Positions 1 through 14,200 of a stretch of DNA of 64,000 bases are shown one piece after another. The position numbers and the translations under genes were made by a program. Below the pieces are notes generated by a model. The model was given only the letters and a program-made list of their open reading frames with translations. It had not been told where the DNA came from and made no database searches. Position 1 is the stretch's first letter; each line of letters starts with the position of its first letter. Source of the stretch: Octopus vulgaris (taxonomy: Eukaryota); NCBI GenBank assembly GCA_951406725.2, contig OX597816.1:56296001-56360000 (forward strand), written 5' to 3'.

Positions 1-229
1 GCGTCCAATGAAAACCACCATCCTTACCAAACAGGTTCGGTTGGGTTCTCAGTTTAGTTGCCGAGGGCCCGAATTTGCAACAGGTTGTACAGGGTTACAT
101 TTAACCAGAAGCACTAAGGGTGACCTGGCATCCATCCATATATGTCCATCCATCCATCCATCCATCCATCCATCCATCCATCCATACATACATACATGCA
201 TACATACATATATATACATACAGAAGCCT

Positions 230-428
230 AGGTGAGGGTGTATAGTTTCCCAGTCACACGGTCCCAGGTTCAGTCCCACTGCATAGTGTCTACAAGTGTC
301 TTCTACTATAGCATCCGGCCGACCACAAATGTCTGAATGGATTTATTAGGCGGAAACTGAAAGAAGCCTGTTGCATGTGCTTACGTGCGTATATGTGTGT
401 TTGTTTGTTTGTGTGTGTGTGCGTGTGT

Positions 429-477
<49 letters not shown>

Positions 478-600
478 TGTGTGTGTGTGTTTGTCCCTCA
501 CCACAACACTTGACAACCGGTGTTTATGTAGCCGTTAACTAAGTGGTTCGGCAAAAGTTTCCGACAGAATAAGTAGCAGGCTTTAATGAAAAAAGCCAGT
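230..600 (+). mobile_element. SINE family A, diverged copy (tRNA-like head, internal (TG)n, 3' body)
   Basis: ggttcagtcccactgc...aagtgtcttctactatagc...ggaaactgaaagaagcc, then (TG)n, then cttgacaaccggtgttt...cggcaaaa, as in other family A copies. Confidence 0.7.
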
Positions 601-714
601 GCTCTTATTGTCCGCTCCACTACAACACTTCTTGGCGGTACCCAGGATGGCTTTTGTCTAATAATTAAAGCAAAGTAAGAATTAAAAGATGCACACACAC
701 ATACATACATACAT

Positions 715-1225
715 AGGATGAGCCTATAAGAGCAGGAAACTAGGCATGGATATGTTAGTAGAAATCTCCGTGATTATCAAAGCAGTTTATTATGGACTAA
801 TTACTACCTCCCACTTTGAAAGGTATGCGTTTGCAATCCAGGGACAGGAAATATCAATCAAGTACCTGATGTACAAAAGGGATAGAGATGCAGGAAAAGC
901 AGTAAAATTTTACAACCGATGCAGACTTTGTGGAGTTATCACCGAAGATGTCACCCACATCATAAGCAGTTGTCTGAAAATGTCATCACGGTATTATCTA
1001 CCGATGAGACATGGCGTTGTGGCTAGGGCACTCTTTAATGAAATCTGTTGAAAGGATAATCCCGAGGACAAAGAAATAAGAACCTACAATATAGTAGAAT
1101 CCATAGCCACTCATAATAAAAAGGAATATGGGTGGAATGTCTTAGTGAAGACCTCAATAAAATGTAAGCACAACAGACCTGAGATAATGATTTGAGATAG
1201 AGAAGAGAGTATATGTATTGATGGC
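715..1225 (+). mobile_element. Decayed fragment of R4/Dong-like non-LTR retrotransposon (CCHC knuckle + restriction-like endonuclease region)
   Basis: Translation FAIQGQEISIKY...CRLCGVITEDVTHIISSC...RHGVVARAL, then after a stop KHNRPEIMI. Matches the CxxC-H-C knuckle, RH(D/N) and HNRPD motifs of RLE-clade elements. Begins immediately after (CATA)n. Confidence 0.8.
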
Positions 1226-1469
1226 GGTGGACAAAGCATCACGTGATTGACATTTTGATGACGTAGTCAAGAATGTTTTACGAACTTGAGTAATTTAAAT
1301 ATTTTACTTTTCAATTCGTCTGATCAAATAATGTCTGCTGACAGTTTTTAACAATTCTTTTAATCTGCTTACATTATTTATAACGGATTAGAGCGGATTA
1401 AGAGAATTATCTCCCTTGCTTTAAGTAAACTTCATTTATGAAGAATTGGAGAAGCTTATCTCATGTTTC

Positions 1470-2005
1470 TAGCTGCTGTTGTTGTGGAGGCGGCGGCGGC
1501 GGCTGCGGCGGTGGTGGTTATAGGAGAGGAGTCCTAACGGTGAGAGCTGCGGTGGTGCCTATGGTGACCATGGTCATTGCGATGGTTGTAGTATTGATTG
1601 TGGTTAGGGTGGCGGCGGTGGTAATGACGGCGGCGGCGGCAATGGAGGCGGCGGCGGCGGCGGAGGGAGAGAGGGCGAGGCGGTGGTGGTGGAGGCGGCG
1701 GCGGAGACGGAGGCGGGGACAGCGGTGGTGGTGGTCGTGGTGGTGGTGGTAGTGGTGGTGGTGGTGCCGGTGGTCGTGCCGGCGGCGGCGGAAGCGGCGG
1801 TGGAGGCGGCGGCGGAAGCGGCGGTGGAGGCGGCGGATTTGGCAGCGGAGGCAGAGGCGGGGACAGCGGTGGTAGTGGTGGTGGTGGTGGTGGTGGTGGT
1901 GGTGGTTGTGGTTGTGGTGGTGTTGTTGGTTGTGGTGCTGATGCTGGTGGTGCTGGTGCTGGTGGCGGCGGTGGTGGTGGTGGGTGGAGGTGGTGCAGTT
2001 GTAGT
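1470..2005. repeat. GC-rich (GGC/GGT)n low-complexity tract with internal duplication
   Basis: Imperfect trinucleotide runs; gaggcggggacagcggtggt occurs twice (~1710, ~1854). Confidence 0.85.
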
Positions 2006-3289
2006 GATTCCAAAGTTATACTCTGGTTTATCAGACATATGATTAAAGATTAATGATATTTCGTTCTTACAAGAGTCACAATTACTCAACGGTTCTTCTG
2101 TTTTTTAAGTGACTTGAGGGAGATATGGCTGCTATTTCTAAAAGCTTCTCTGGAACTCCATCTGGTGTTTCTAACAGTCGCCTAACGTTTAATAAACTTC
2201 AAAGCAATTGCGGAGAGTCACCTATACTCAGTATATAAATGCGTGTGTGCTTGTATGTATGTGTGTGTGGCTGCATATGTGTGTGTGTGGCTGCATATGT
2301 GTGTGTGCTCATGTGTGTGTATGCTCGTGTGTGTGTGTGTGTGTGCGTGTGTGTGTGTTTGTGTGTGTAGGTGCGTGTGTGTGCGTGAGTGTGTGTGTGA
2401 GTGTGTATGTGTGTGATGCGTGTGCGTGTACGATGCATGTGTGTGCGTGTGTGTGCGCGCATGTATGCGTGTATGTGCGTGGGTGTGTGTGTGTGTTTGG
2501 GTGTGAACCATAATCGAACCATAATCAAAGCCACTCGAACTGTAACCATCCCATCTGTTTTCAATGATAGAAACCCTAATACCACCCACTACCTCTACCC
2601 CCACAATCACACCTACTATCGCCACTACCACCACCACCACCACTACCACCACTATCACCTCCTCCAACACCGTCACCCACACCACTACTACCACAAACAC
2701 GTCCTATCTAAGAGATTTGAAACCCTTTCAAACACTGCCAAGTTGTTATTTGAATGTAATTCGTCACTTTCGCCGCAATTATAGCAACTGTGTGCAGACT
2801 CCTTTAAAATTTATATTTAAACTAATTAGTTTGGCCAATCTTTACGCCAATTAGTTTTGACCAATCGAGTCTACAAGAGAAGAATTCCGCAAAGAACCAC
2901 CTACCCCGCCTATTTCTAGCTCCTTTCCACCTCCAGTTCCTACCAACTCCCTGACATATTTTCTCTTTCAATCATCGGTTTTCCTGAATCTTGATCATAT
3001 AATACATATCAAGAACGACTCTATCCTTCCATGTTTATCGCCAAACACGATTCTTACTTCGTTCTGACAAGTTCATTTTGGTAAATTCTTCAAACTTCTC
3101 GAACTGATCTTTTGCCACAAACGTCTCACATTCTATAGAAAATTTCTCAGTTACGGACGGCTTGGTATGAAGAGTAGAAGAGAATGGGGTGGGAGAGTTG
3201 AATAAGTACAATGGGTGGGAGAAGATACGGTGTGGGAGGTGTGAGAGTATAGAATATGTAGCAGAGTGGGGAATATACGCGATCCCACT

Positions 3290-3440
3290 CTTTTAGCTGT
3301 TGCTGGAGGGCAGGTGTTCTGCAGTCCCTCATCTGCAGCCAATCAACACGGTCCTTGTCTCTTTTGCCAGAGCAACATTTCTCACTGCCATGTCCCAAGA
3401 CTTCCTTGGTAACCCTTCTGCACACCTATCAGTCACTTTG
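3290..3440 (-). mobile_element. Possible decayed RTE-type LINE 3' end
   Basis: Minus translation KVTDRCAEGLPRKSWDMAVRN...KDRVDW resembles the RTE C-terminal G-RPRKTW...DR..W pattern. Confidence 0.4.
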
Positions 3441-4083
3441 AATTCTCGGCATTTGCTTTAACAGTTTCTCTCGAACTAACTAAAATGATTAAGTTTACAT
3501 TAAATTCTACATTTCATCTGGAATTTCAAATTCAATTTCTACAGATTCTGCCATAAGAGCTAAATATTCATTCATATTTCAAATGGTTTCAAGTGGGCTA
3601 AGAACTGATTGCTGCTGTACCCCTAACCGTACACCAAATTTATCGCTGAGCTCATTGCTGGTTGTCACCTTTCTAACTCCCCACCACCACCACCACCACT
3701 ACCACCACTGTTTCTTATTTAGCCTGTACAGCTCTCAAGTAATTTCTGAATTTCTAAATCTCTTAGAGATCACCAAATCACAGTGTGACGGATTCTGTCA
3801 ACTACCTTCTCCGGTCGAACGCTAGGAAGGACTTCTAGTCATCTCTTTGTCTTGCAGTAGTCGCACTCAAAACCAGAGGGCAGCTCATCCAGACTAATAC
3901 GGTCTCTGGTCGTTTTTTTATATGTTGTTGTTGCTGCTGTTTATTTAGTGCAGTTATACATGCAGTGTTGCTATGTAATGTTGCTTCATATTTAGTGCCC
4001 ATATTTATGCAGTGTTGGTGTTCGCTAAACCACAGAGTTTTTTTTAATATTTTATTTTCTCTCTGTTTAGTTCCTCGTGTTCC

Positions 4084-4210
4084 TTTCTGTTGAAGTGCGT
4101 AGGCTCGAAACGTAACAGAGACTTACTCACTTTCCTAAGTGTCAAACAAATACACCAGCTTGTTGTTTATACACCTGTCATCGCCTTTTGTTTTTCTGTA
4201 AATTTCAACT
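4084..4210 (+). mobile_element. Short PLE-type cassette (family H) with hammerhead-like motif
   Basis: CTGTTGA-A-GTGC-gtag-GCTC-GAAAC-GTA. Homologous copies at 25048-25170, 31853-31979, 50218-50340 (all minus). Confidence 0.6.
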
Positions 4211-4237
4211 TTGCCACACGCACACATACACATCTCG

Positions 4238-4479
4238 CACGCCCTGATTGGCTCCCGTGCCTGTAGCACGTAAAAAGCACCATCCGAATGTGGCCGATGC
4301 CAGTGTCGCCTGACTGGCTCCCGTACCGGTGGCACGTAAAAAGTGCCCACTACACTCTCGGACTGGTTGGCGTTATGAAGGACATCCAGATCAGATTGGA
4401 GCCTGGTGTGGCCTCCTGGTTTGCCACACCCTAGTCAAACCGTCCAACCCATGCCAAATGGACGTTAAACGATGATGAC

Positions 4480-4529
<50 letters not shown>

Positions 4530-4565
4530 CGACGACGACGACGACGACGATGACGACGACGACTA
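4238..4565 (+). mobile_element. SINE/RTE-related 3' part with tandem subrepeat and (GAT)n tail
   Basis: Two copies of ctga(t/c)tggctcccgt...gcacgtaaaaag; ends aacccatgcc...ggacgttaaac(gat)n. Confidence 0.6.
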
Positions 4566-6649
4566 TAATATATATATCAAAAGAAATTATTTATTCACTT
4601 ATTCACCTTTACACGTGTTTCATTTATTAATAGTAACTACAACATTGTATATTTTGGATAAACATGTAAGAAATTTCTAATTAGAAATTCTTCAGATACA
4701 GAATCAAAAACTACAAAATATATGTTTTGAATGAAGCGTTTACATATATTTTTAGTTACCAAAAGTCGTATAGGTAGTTGGGTGCAAAATTAAGAGCAAA
4801 ACGAGTAGAAGAAACGAGAGAGAGGTACATAAATGCACACACATTCATATTGTTACTATATAATGTTGTTGCCAAATGCCAGTCCCTCTGCCTAAAGATT
4901 GAATAGATTTGTGCTTCTTCAAAAGCCTTGCAGAGTAAACTTAGTAAATACCCTGGCAGAAGGCAGCAAGAGGCCACTGCTTTTATAGTTTCCACGAAAA
5001 ATCCTGAATCTCCAGACTTTAAAATGGAGGTCCATGATTTCATATTGCCATATAGTCAATGTTGCTAAATATTTTTGTTGCTATTTCTGTCGCGTTGCTA
5101 TTCCTTTCGACGCTGCTGTATGCTTAGTGTTGCCTTATATATTTGGTGTGCGGCTGTTTATAGCCAGAATTGTTCAAAAGTGGTTATGCTGCGTGATTAT
5201 AGGATTATTACAGGTAATAAATCACTTCCGGCCGACACTAAACATCAAGTCGCCGCCGTTGTCAATGTCGGCAGCAATAATAGCAGCAGCAGCAGCAGCA
5301 ATCTAATAATAAAGCAGTAAATAAATATATAAAAAGAAGTGAAAATTGTAATAACAGAAATAGCGAGAACTACTTATATCGATGGCAATATTAGCTTACA
5401 ACATTTTTGTATAACAGCAGTGACAACTACCAAAGTTAGCTACAATAGAAACAACAACTCGCAACAATAACAATAACTTGCTGCGTTAGCAACGGCAGTT
5501 TGCAACAACAGCAATGATAAATTGCTGCAGTAGCAACGACAGCATACAGCAATAGCAAGGAAGCCATGTTGATGCTGCAATGGCAATGATAAATTGTGAC
5601 AATAGCAACTTCGTCTTAAAACAATAGCAACTTAAGACAATAGCAATAGCAACTTATATACAACAGCCCAGCAACTTGCGGCAATAGCAACACAAAATCG
5701 CAACAGCACTTTTCTGTGAACACTAAATCGTTAATTACATCATCAAAGAAACTTAATTAGGAAATGGAGCATATCGTGTAATGATGTGTAAATTAAAAGG
5801 AATGTGATCAGAAAGGGTTTGTTTATGAAGAAACGGAACTGTTCAAAGATCGGCGGAGAAAGCAGTTGTGATTGGTGATCGGTGATTGGTGAATATCGAT
5901 GAATCATATCAATACAGTTACTGTTATTGTGTGGATGAGAGTGAAACAACAAAGTCATAAAGTTGTTTACTGTGTGAGTTGTCATCGATATAGTGAACTA
6001 GAACCACTCCTTAAATGTGTGATGACACACCTATTACTGAAGGCTGACTCATGGAAAGGTGGTGGTGGGAGGGGCAGTTGTGTTGTGTGTGTGGGGAGGA
6101 TGAGGATGAGGTGGGAATGAAGAATCGTTAACTGGCGGCTGTGACTGCAGCACAACATAAAACAACAGAGAACGACAAAAAACAATACAACAAAAACAAC
6201 ACATCGATAACAAAACAACAATAGCAGAAACAACACAACAATAGCAGCAAAAACAGAAACACCACAACAGACACACACCTAACGAGGAATCACAACAATA
6301 TTATTACATCACAAAATCTCACACGTCACAATAACAATACGCGGGCGTGCGGTAGAACAAACTTCTCATTTTTATTATTGCAATCCACATTAAACTGGTA
6401 AGGACTAGGCAGATGGCAGTGAGGGGTTTTTTTTTATGTAGCTAATGCTTTACCATTTTGTTTTGCAGTTATCGTTGGGGGTTTGGATTGATGTCCATTG
6501 TGCATTTGCATTCGAAATGTTTGTTAATCTGCAAAATGTGGGCGGTTATTTTTGCTGCACCGTGTAGAACAGGCAATCATCTACAACAATAACATCAGGA
6601 GAGACAACAACAAATGCAAGAGTGTCGTTAATAAGCGAATAAATTTCAA

Positions 6650-7945
6650 ACTGTTTAGAAACAGCAGCCAAATTTCACTCGTAGAACATTCTGAAGATAT
6701 TTTATAAAAGAAAAAAAACCCAAAAAGAACACATTCCACAGTGTACTATGAAAGGAAGGGATGGTCATGATTGGATCATCTTTAATTCTAGTCTAGCTGG
6801 ATCAGACTTGACCTGGGGTTAAAGAATCATAACAACAATGGCGTCGTTACATTGCATTGTCATAACAACAGAAAAAGGGGCATCTTTAGGGAGGGGACAA
6901 GAACGACACAAACAATAGCGAAATTTCTACAATAATATTCACAAACACCACATCTTGGTAATTTCGGCAGCATCAAGAACAATGATGACAGCCACAACAT
7001 CACACCACCGTCAACAACAACAAGAGTAAGCCTAGTTGCACTCACAGTCACAGCATCACAGCCATGACATCACATCAGTGATGCAACTATATTAGTAACG
7101 TTCATATTTGTCCCGGCATTACAGCCGCAACATCATCGTTAACGTTAATAGCAAAAAATAACAACACTCACAAACGAGCCTCTGTAGGCAGTCGTTCGCT
7201 AGGCTAGAAATAGCAGCCCAGTCTCCCTTAGAATTACACTCTATTGTCATACAAAAAGAAATATGACAGTTTGCCGTGGATTGATTTTTGTCTGAAACAA
7301 AAAAGACGTGATGTGCATGGATGGAATGTCTTTAATGATCTGAACTAAGCAACAACACCAACAATAACAACTACACAGTGGTTTAAAAGTAGAACCGAAT
7401 GTACAGCAAGATCATTGACCGAATAGCAACGAAAATGCTAACACTAGCAGCAATAACAACAACAGCAAAAATTGCAACAACAACAGCTATGAAAATAGTA
7501 ACAATTGCAACAAAACAACAATAGCAACAACAAAAATATCGAGGCAACACGGGAGTCTTTATGCGGTCACACAACCTGTTAGAAATAGCAGCCAAACTCT
7601 TTCGTAATCACACCCTCACCGTCTTAGGAAATGACACGTTGAATAATGTAGTAGCGTGTTTTTTGTGAAAATGTAAAAAGATGGAGTGGTCATGGCTGGA
7701 GGGTCATTATTTAAACGTTCGTGTGTATCGTTGATCAGGTCTGACCTGGGGTTAAACAACAAAGACGAAAACAACAACATTACCGAACAAAGGTTGAGAA
7801 GACTAAGTGGCTACTTGACCTGCTAGAAACAGCAGGCAAATTCCTTAGATACTTTGGATGATGTAAGTCTCAGATAAACAAATAATGACAGGATGGCCAC
7901 GGCTAGGAACTCTTCTATATAAAACATAGATTGACAGACAGACAG

Positions 7946-7976
<31 letters not shown>

Positions 7977-8030
7977 CAGATAGATAGATAGACTGCTCAA
8001 CCAGTATTGACCTAGGGTTAAACAGAGAGC
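6650..8030 (+). repeat. Cluster of four diverged copies of an old interspersed repeat in CAA-rich sequence
   Basis: tagaaa(t/c)agcagcc...ggtcatg...gacctggggttaaa at ~6655, ~7205, ~7580, ~7823; also minus-strand copy at ~28410-28570. Confidence 0.65.
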
Positions 8031-8140
8031 AGCAAACTGAAGAATAACAAGCAAGTCTAGAACGATAACAATAAAAGAACCAAAGCGAATGCAATTAATA
8101 ACATCATCTTCTTCATCATCATCATCATCATCTTCCTCAC

Positions 8141-8201
<61 letters not shown>

Positions 8202-8751
8202 GTGACCATCGTCATGGCCACTACTATCAAAGTGTATTTAAAGATACAACTTACCGATATTGAAGGCCAAATTAAGTGAGTAAAGCCATGTTGTAGCAGC
8301 TGGGTTTGAAGAGAGAAACAAAACAGTTTTTAGTGTTGTTGGGTCCAGAGAAACGAATAAGAAGAAGAAGAAGAAGAAGAAGAAAAAGAAGAAGAAGAAG
8401 ATGAAGGAGACGAGGAAGATTTGAAATAGAAGCGAAGTGACGGTTTGAAAAATAACTGGAATGGTTAAAGCAGGGGAGAAGGAGGAGGAGGAGGAGGAAG
8501 AGGAGGAGGAGGTGTAGAAAGAGAAGGGAGCGAGTAAGTGAGAGAAAGAGAGAGAGAGGTTCGGGAGAAAGGAAGGAAGTAGATGTGGTAGCAGGGTAGA
8601 GAAATTAAGAGGGAGAGAGAGAAAGAGAGAGACAAAGAAAGCATATAACAACTACAACACGCCGCTCACGTCACATCGTTTTATATGTTGTGATCTATGT
8701 GAATGTGTGTATACAGATGGATATATATATTACTATATAAACAACATACAG

Positions 8752-8793
<42 letters not shown>

Positions 8794-9020
8794 GTTTACA
8801 TGTGTATATAGCCACTTGTTTTGCCGAACGTTACGTGTGAGGGGAGGTAGAAGAACCACATTAGCACGTTAGCATCACACACACACACATCCATTCTGCA
8901 CACACACACGCACGCACGCACATGTCTGCTCTTATTACAAAGCTACACACACCAAATGTTGTTACGTATGCGGCACACTTTACGCATCTTCTCAATGCAA
9001 ACATCGACACTTAGAAACAA

Positions 9021-9053
<33 letters not shown>

Positions 9054-10390
9054 CGTGTGCGTGTGTGTGTGTGCGTGCGTGTGTGTGTGCGTGTGTGTAT
9101 ATATGTATGTGTATGTACTTATGCAGATATATAAACACACAGACACAGACACACACACATGCACTCATTAATATAGCCAAGCCGAAACTTGCAAGACTCA
9201 CAAATATATACAAACGCTACCTTTGTGAGTTGTATGGCAAATCGCACTATAATTGTTTGCTCTGTCTATCTGTCTGTCTGTCTGCCTAGCTGTCTGCCTA
9301 GCTATCTGTCTCTCTCTCTCTCCGTTTCTCTCTCTCTCGCGCGCGCGCTTTCTCTTTCTTTCTCTCTGTCTCTGTCTCTCTCTCTCTCTGGCGCTCTCTC
9401 TCTCTCTCTCGCTTTCTCTCATAGACACAAACACATACACATACACACACACACAGACACACACACACAAACATAAGCTCGCTCTCCCTCCCTCCCTCTC
9501 TTTTTCGCTCTCCCTCTCCCCCTCGCTCGCACGCGCACACAGACAAGTTACTAGTTTTGAAGTATACACATGTACGAATAACAACTTAGTCGGTGTGTGC
9601 GTAATGTGTGTGTGTGTGTGTGTGTAATGTGTGAGTGTGTGTAATGTGTGTGTGTGTAATGTGTGTGTGTGTAATGTGTGTGTGTGTAATGAGTGTGTGT
9701 GTAATGTGTGTGTGTGTGTAATGTGTGTGTGTGTGATGTGTGTAATGTGTGTGATGTGTGCGCGCGCGCGTGTGTGTGTGTGTCTTCTATTGTTTTAGTT
9801 CCACTTTAGACCTAATCGAACAGATCTATGATGAAATGCATTCCAGCCGTGACTATCTTGCCTTTTTCCCTGTGCACATGGGATGCAGGGACACATAATG
9901 CAAATGTCGCCCTCTCTTAGACGCTACGATGCAGTTTGAGAGACATTTTTGGCTGCTGCTGTTTCTTGCAACTCGGGTGACCTGACCGTGCGGCTGGGAA
10001 TTGTGGTCACGATGATGATGATGATGATGATGATGTAAATGGGTGGTGACGTCGGTGCTGATGATATTCTTAATAAGGATTATGGTGGTGGTGGTGATGG
10101 TGGTGGTGGTGATGGTGGTGGTGGTGGTGGTCGTCGTCGTCGTCGTCATCGGTATGATAATAGTGATGATGATAATGATGATGATGATGATGATGACAAT
10201 AATGACTAGGAGGAAGAGGAGGAGGGGAAGAGTTGATGATGATGATGATGATGATGATGATAAGCACATTGTCAAAAAATTGCGTAATAATTCCTGTCTT
10301 GCTGGAATGTGTTTTGTGACATACCTAGGTTTAGATTACACACACACATCCACACACACATCCACACACACACGTATATGTATATATATA

Positions 10391-10575
10391 CTCTTTTACT
10401 TGTTTCAGTCATTTGACTGCGGCCATGCTGGAGCACCGCCTTTAGTCGAGCAAATCGACCCCGGGACTTATTCTTTGTAAGCCCAGTACTTATTCTATCG
10501 GTCTCTTTTTTGCCGAACCGCTAAGTAACGGGGACGTAAACACACCAGCATCGATTGTCAAACACAGACACACAA

Positions 10576-10618
<43 letters not shown>

Positions 10619-10783
10619 TACGACAGGCTTCTTTCAGTTTCCGTCTACCAAATCCACTCACAAGGCATTGGTCGGCCCGGGGCTATAGCAGAAGACACTT
10701 GCTCATGATGCCACGCAGTAGGACTGAACCCGGAACCATGTGGTTCGTAAGCAACCTACTTACCACACAGCCACTCCTATACC
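10391..10783 (-). mobile_element. SINE family A, near full length
   Basis: A/B-box head (tggctgtgtgg...ggttcagtcc), internal (TA)n(TG)n, tail ggcggtgctccagcatggccgcagtcaaatgactgaaac. Confidence 0.85.
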
Positions 10784-10834
10784 TAATGTATATATATATT
10801 TGAATATATATATTTATGTGTGTTTATGTATGCA

Positions 10835-10881
<47 letters not shown>

Positions 10882-11178
10882 GCGCGTGGCCTGGTGGTTA
10901 AACAACACCACTCACAATCAAACCACCAATTTCCAGACTTAGAGGAAATACTTCATTTAACGTCTCCTCAGTCCACTCGGCTGTAAATGGTTCGCCCTAT
11001 GATGGACTGGCGTTTGATTCAGGAGGGATGTTGCGCTATGCACCAAGCCAGTGACGTGGGATCATCATTGAATGTGACGACAATGCGTGTGACCACCGGT
11101 GTATAACATCAAACAGTCTCGTCGACACAGTGACATACATACATTTAGATAGATAGATGGGGAGAGAGAAAGATATAC

Positions 11179-11301
<123 letters not shown>

Positions 11302-11314
11302 CAGACAGATATTA

Positions 11315-11620
11315 CTTTTTTAGTCTTTGATTTGGTTCAGTCATTTGACTGCGGCCATGCTGGAGACCCGCCTTTAATCCAACAAATCGACCCCAGAACT
11401 CATTCTTTGTAACTCCTGCTACTTATTCTATCTTCCTCTTTTGCCGAACCGCTAAGTTACGGGCTTCTTTCAGGTTCAGTGTACTAAATGCACAACCCTT
11501 TGGTCGACCCAAGGCTATAGTAGAAGACGCGTGCCCAAGGTGTCACGCAGTGTGACTGAACCCGGAACCATGTTATTGGTAAGCAATCTACTTACCCCAC
11601 AGCCTCTCCTGCACCTATGT
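11315..11620 (-). mobile_element. SINE family A copy lacking the internal microsatellite
   Basis: Head and tail abut at ~11460 (gctaagttacggg|cttctttcag). Confidence 0.7.
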
Positions 11621-11750
11621 ATGTAATATCCACTTAAATATGGATTTTGTGTTAGGACACAGAATACTCTGTTCTTACAAAGATTCCACTTCTATATAAA
11701 TTACCTTCTGACGTTAATAATGCTTATGTCACTATTACATACATACATAC

Positions 11751-11837
<87 letters not shown>

Positions 11838-11840
11838 GAT

Positions 11841-12815
11841 ATACTGGGTGCGATGGGTAAATTGGAACCATTTAAAATTTTTAATGTCGCGCATGTACAT
11901 TATTTTTGATTTTATCGACTACACAACAGCGTAGGGACAGTTGGGCACCGCCTGTGAGAAAGACAGGACCGTGATGCAATTCACTCTGCCAGGAATTTGG
12001 AAATGGCATGCTGTACTGCTTGGCATTCCCACCGGAAACTCCAATACGAATATTTCAGAGTGTCTGGGTGTGCATATGAGGAGACTGCAATCTGAGAACA
12101 TGCACCGAGAGTGATAAAAATCAAACATCCGGTCAACATCATGGTGTTGGGAGTGATCACTAATGTTGGTGACGTTGCCGTTACGTTCTGAGTTCAAATT
12201 CCGCCGAGGTCGACTTTGCCTTTCATCCTTTCGGGGTCGATTAAATAAGTACCAGCTATGCACTGGGGTCGATATAATCGACTTAATCCGTTTGTCTATC
12301 CTTGGTTGTCCCCTCTATGTTTAGCCCCTTGTGGGTAGTAAAAAAATAGTTATGTTTCCATTCATCTTCCCACATGCCCTCACACTCAACACAGAGACCG
12401 ACATCTAGTGCCGGGAGGACGTTGTGCTGCCTCGGGTCAAAAGGGTGGATGCTGGAAGACCCTGTGTCTGGCAACAGGACTCTGCACCATGCCAAACAAG
12501 CAAGAAAACCCAGTCATGGATGTGAGACCACATCACCCCTAACATCTGGCTACCTAACTCCCCAGACAGCAACCGCTTGATTATTTTGTGTGGGGCGCAG
12601 TTGAAGGCAAGGATTATGGCAGCACTCACCAACTTAATCAAGGAGACCATCCATAAGAGTTGCAGGAGATTCCGAAGTCATCTGGATTGCCGTGGTTGAA
12701 GCCAATGGCGATTTTATTGAATAAATTTACTCTTTAGTATTTCTAGATATTTCTATGTAAATTTGGTAAATATATCTGTTAAAATAAGATGTCAGTTTTA
12801 TTTTCGTTTTTGCAC
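11841..12815 (+). mobile_element. Decayed, internally deleted Tc1/mariner-superfamily transposon (maT/DD37D-like)
   Basis: Frame-broken translation WHAVLLGI..NISECLGV; KHPVNIMVLGVITNVGDV|MFPFIFP; VWQQDSAPC; WLPNSPDSN.LDYFVWGAVE; CRRFRSHL.AVVEANGDFIE*. Confidence 0.8.
12178..12348 (+). mobile_element. SINE family B (5'-truncated) inserted in the maT transposase
   Basis: gagttcaaattccgccgaggtcgactttgcctttcatcctttcggggtcg; flanked by gtt/gtt, and removal restores GDVMFP. Confidence 0.85.
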
Positions 12816-12902
12816 TCCCTCCCTCCTCCCCTCTCTCTCTCTGAATGGTTTGCACCTGGTAGCTTACTGGTAAAGCACGGTCATTTTTGCAGTTATCGTT
12901 AT

Positions 12903-13020
12903 GTATATGGCAAATGAAAGACAGAAGATGGGATATACGAGAATCACAATTAATCACAATTGTTGTGATTAATAATAGATTCTCGTATATTCCATCTTCC
13001 GTCTTTCATTTGCCACATAT
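12903..13020. repeat. Palindromic foldback element (MITE-like); deleted second copy at 58146-58232
   Basis: atggcaaatgaaagacagaagatgggatatacgagaatc ... gattctcgtatattccatcttccgtctttcatttgccac. Confidence 0.8.
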
Positions 13021-13028
13021 ATACATAT

Positions 13029-13331
13029 CACCGTGACCGACCAGGCTATCAGATGTTGCTACACATCCCTGGTCACAATGCGCATCGCATTGTTTTTTAG
13101 CCTTCAAATGACGCCACCCCACTGGCTAAGCGAGCAGGCCAACAGAAGAAAGAGTGAGAGAAAGCTCTGGCGAAAGAGTACAGCAGGAATCGCCAACACC
13201 CTCTGCCGGATCCTCTTGGAGCTTTAGGTGTTTTCGCTCAATAAACACTCACAACGCCCGGTCTGGGAATCGAAACCGCGATCCTACGACCGCGAGTCCG
13301 CTGCCCTAACTACTGGGCCATTGCGCCTCCA
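13029..13331 (-). mobile_element. SINE family C (tRNA-derived head)
   Basis: ggaggcgcaatggcccagtagttagggcagcggactcgcgg...ggtttcgattccc; tail gtgaccag..atgtgtagcaacatctgatagcctggtcggtcacgg; TA-flanked; copy at 32808-33085. Confidence 0.85.
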
Positions 13332-14200
13332 TATATACATATATACACATGCATATACTTTGATAGGTTTCGGCCAGTACTGGACCAGGCCATGTCTAAC
13401 TTAATAGCACCGCCTGACAAAGTCATTCACATATATATATAATATACATCTATATATATGCATATCCTGACTTAGTGTCCCGGCAATGACCCTTACATTA
13501 TGTACTAGTTTAACTCTTCGACATGTCTTCCTTACCTCAGCTGGCCCCACTCTCCAATCCTAATTATCCCTTGATACTGTATTCTACCCGTTTTAATTCC
13601 CACCCTTATCGTTCAACAAAGGACTTCTCACCCGTGCATACTCTTCTCTCACACTGCTTTTTCTGTGTTAATACCCTTCATTTCCACCCTACACAGCTCT
13701 CCTCCCATGTGGGTTCTCTCCTTATCCTCTCATACAATGCCTCCCTGGATCTTCCCAATTTTCTTTCCTTACACTTTATTCTACCCATTTTCCTTCCCCA
13801 ACCCCTGCACTTTTTTCGCCCTTTACAGCACATTCCACCGTTACTTTTGATCCCCTTTATCACCTTCCGCTAATATCTACCAATTCTTCCTGTCCGCTTT
13901 GTTGGTCACCTGACACAATCTTTTACACCCACCCTCTCTCTTCTCTTCTATTTAAACTTACCCACACTCTCACTACCACTCAATTGACATTTATCACGCC
14001 TTGATGAGAAAGCTCTTATCTCACAACTGTACTTTGTCATTGCCACCTGTCATTGCTACCTGTTATCATATCACCTCCCCCACCTCTGTCTCTCTCTCTC
14101 TTTTTCTCTCTCCCTCTCGCTCTATATATATCTCTCTTGCGACCGACTATTTATCTGTTATGGCCTTCAATGATCTTCACAAAATATTACTCTTTGACAC

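Noticed and set aside
1534-2089. Proline-rich or threonine/alanine-rich ORFs (formin/extensin/mucin-like)
   Set aside because: Several frames on both strands are open because of (GGC/GGT)n; no flanking domain or splice evidence
4756-5043. 95-aa ORF as host exon or transposase relic
   Set aside because: No recognisable motif with confidence and no splice support
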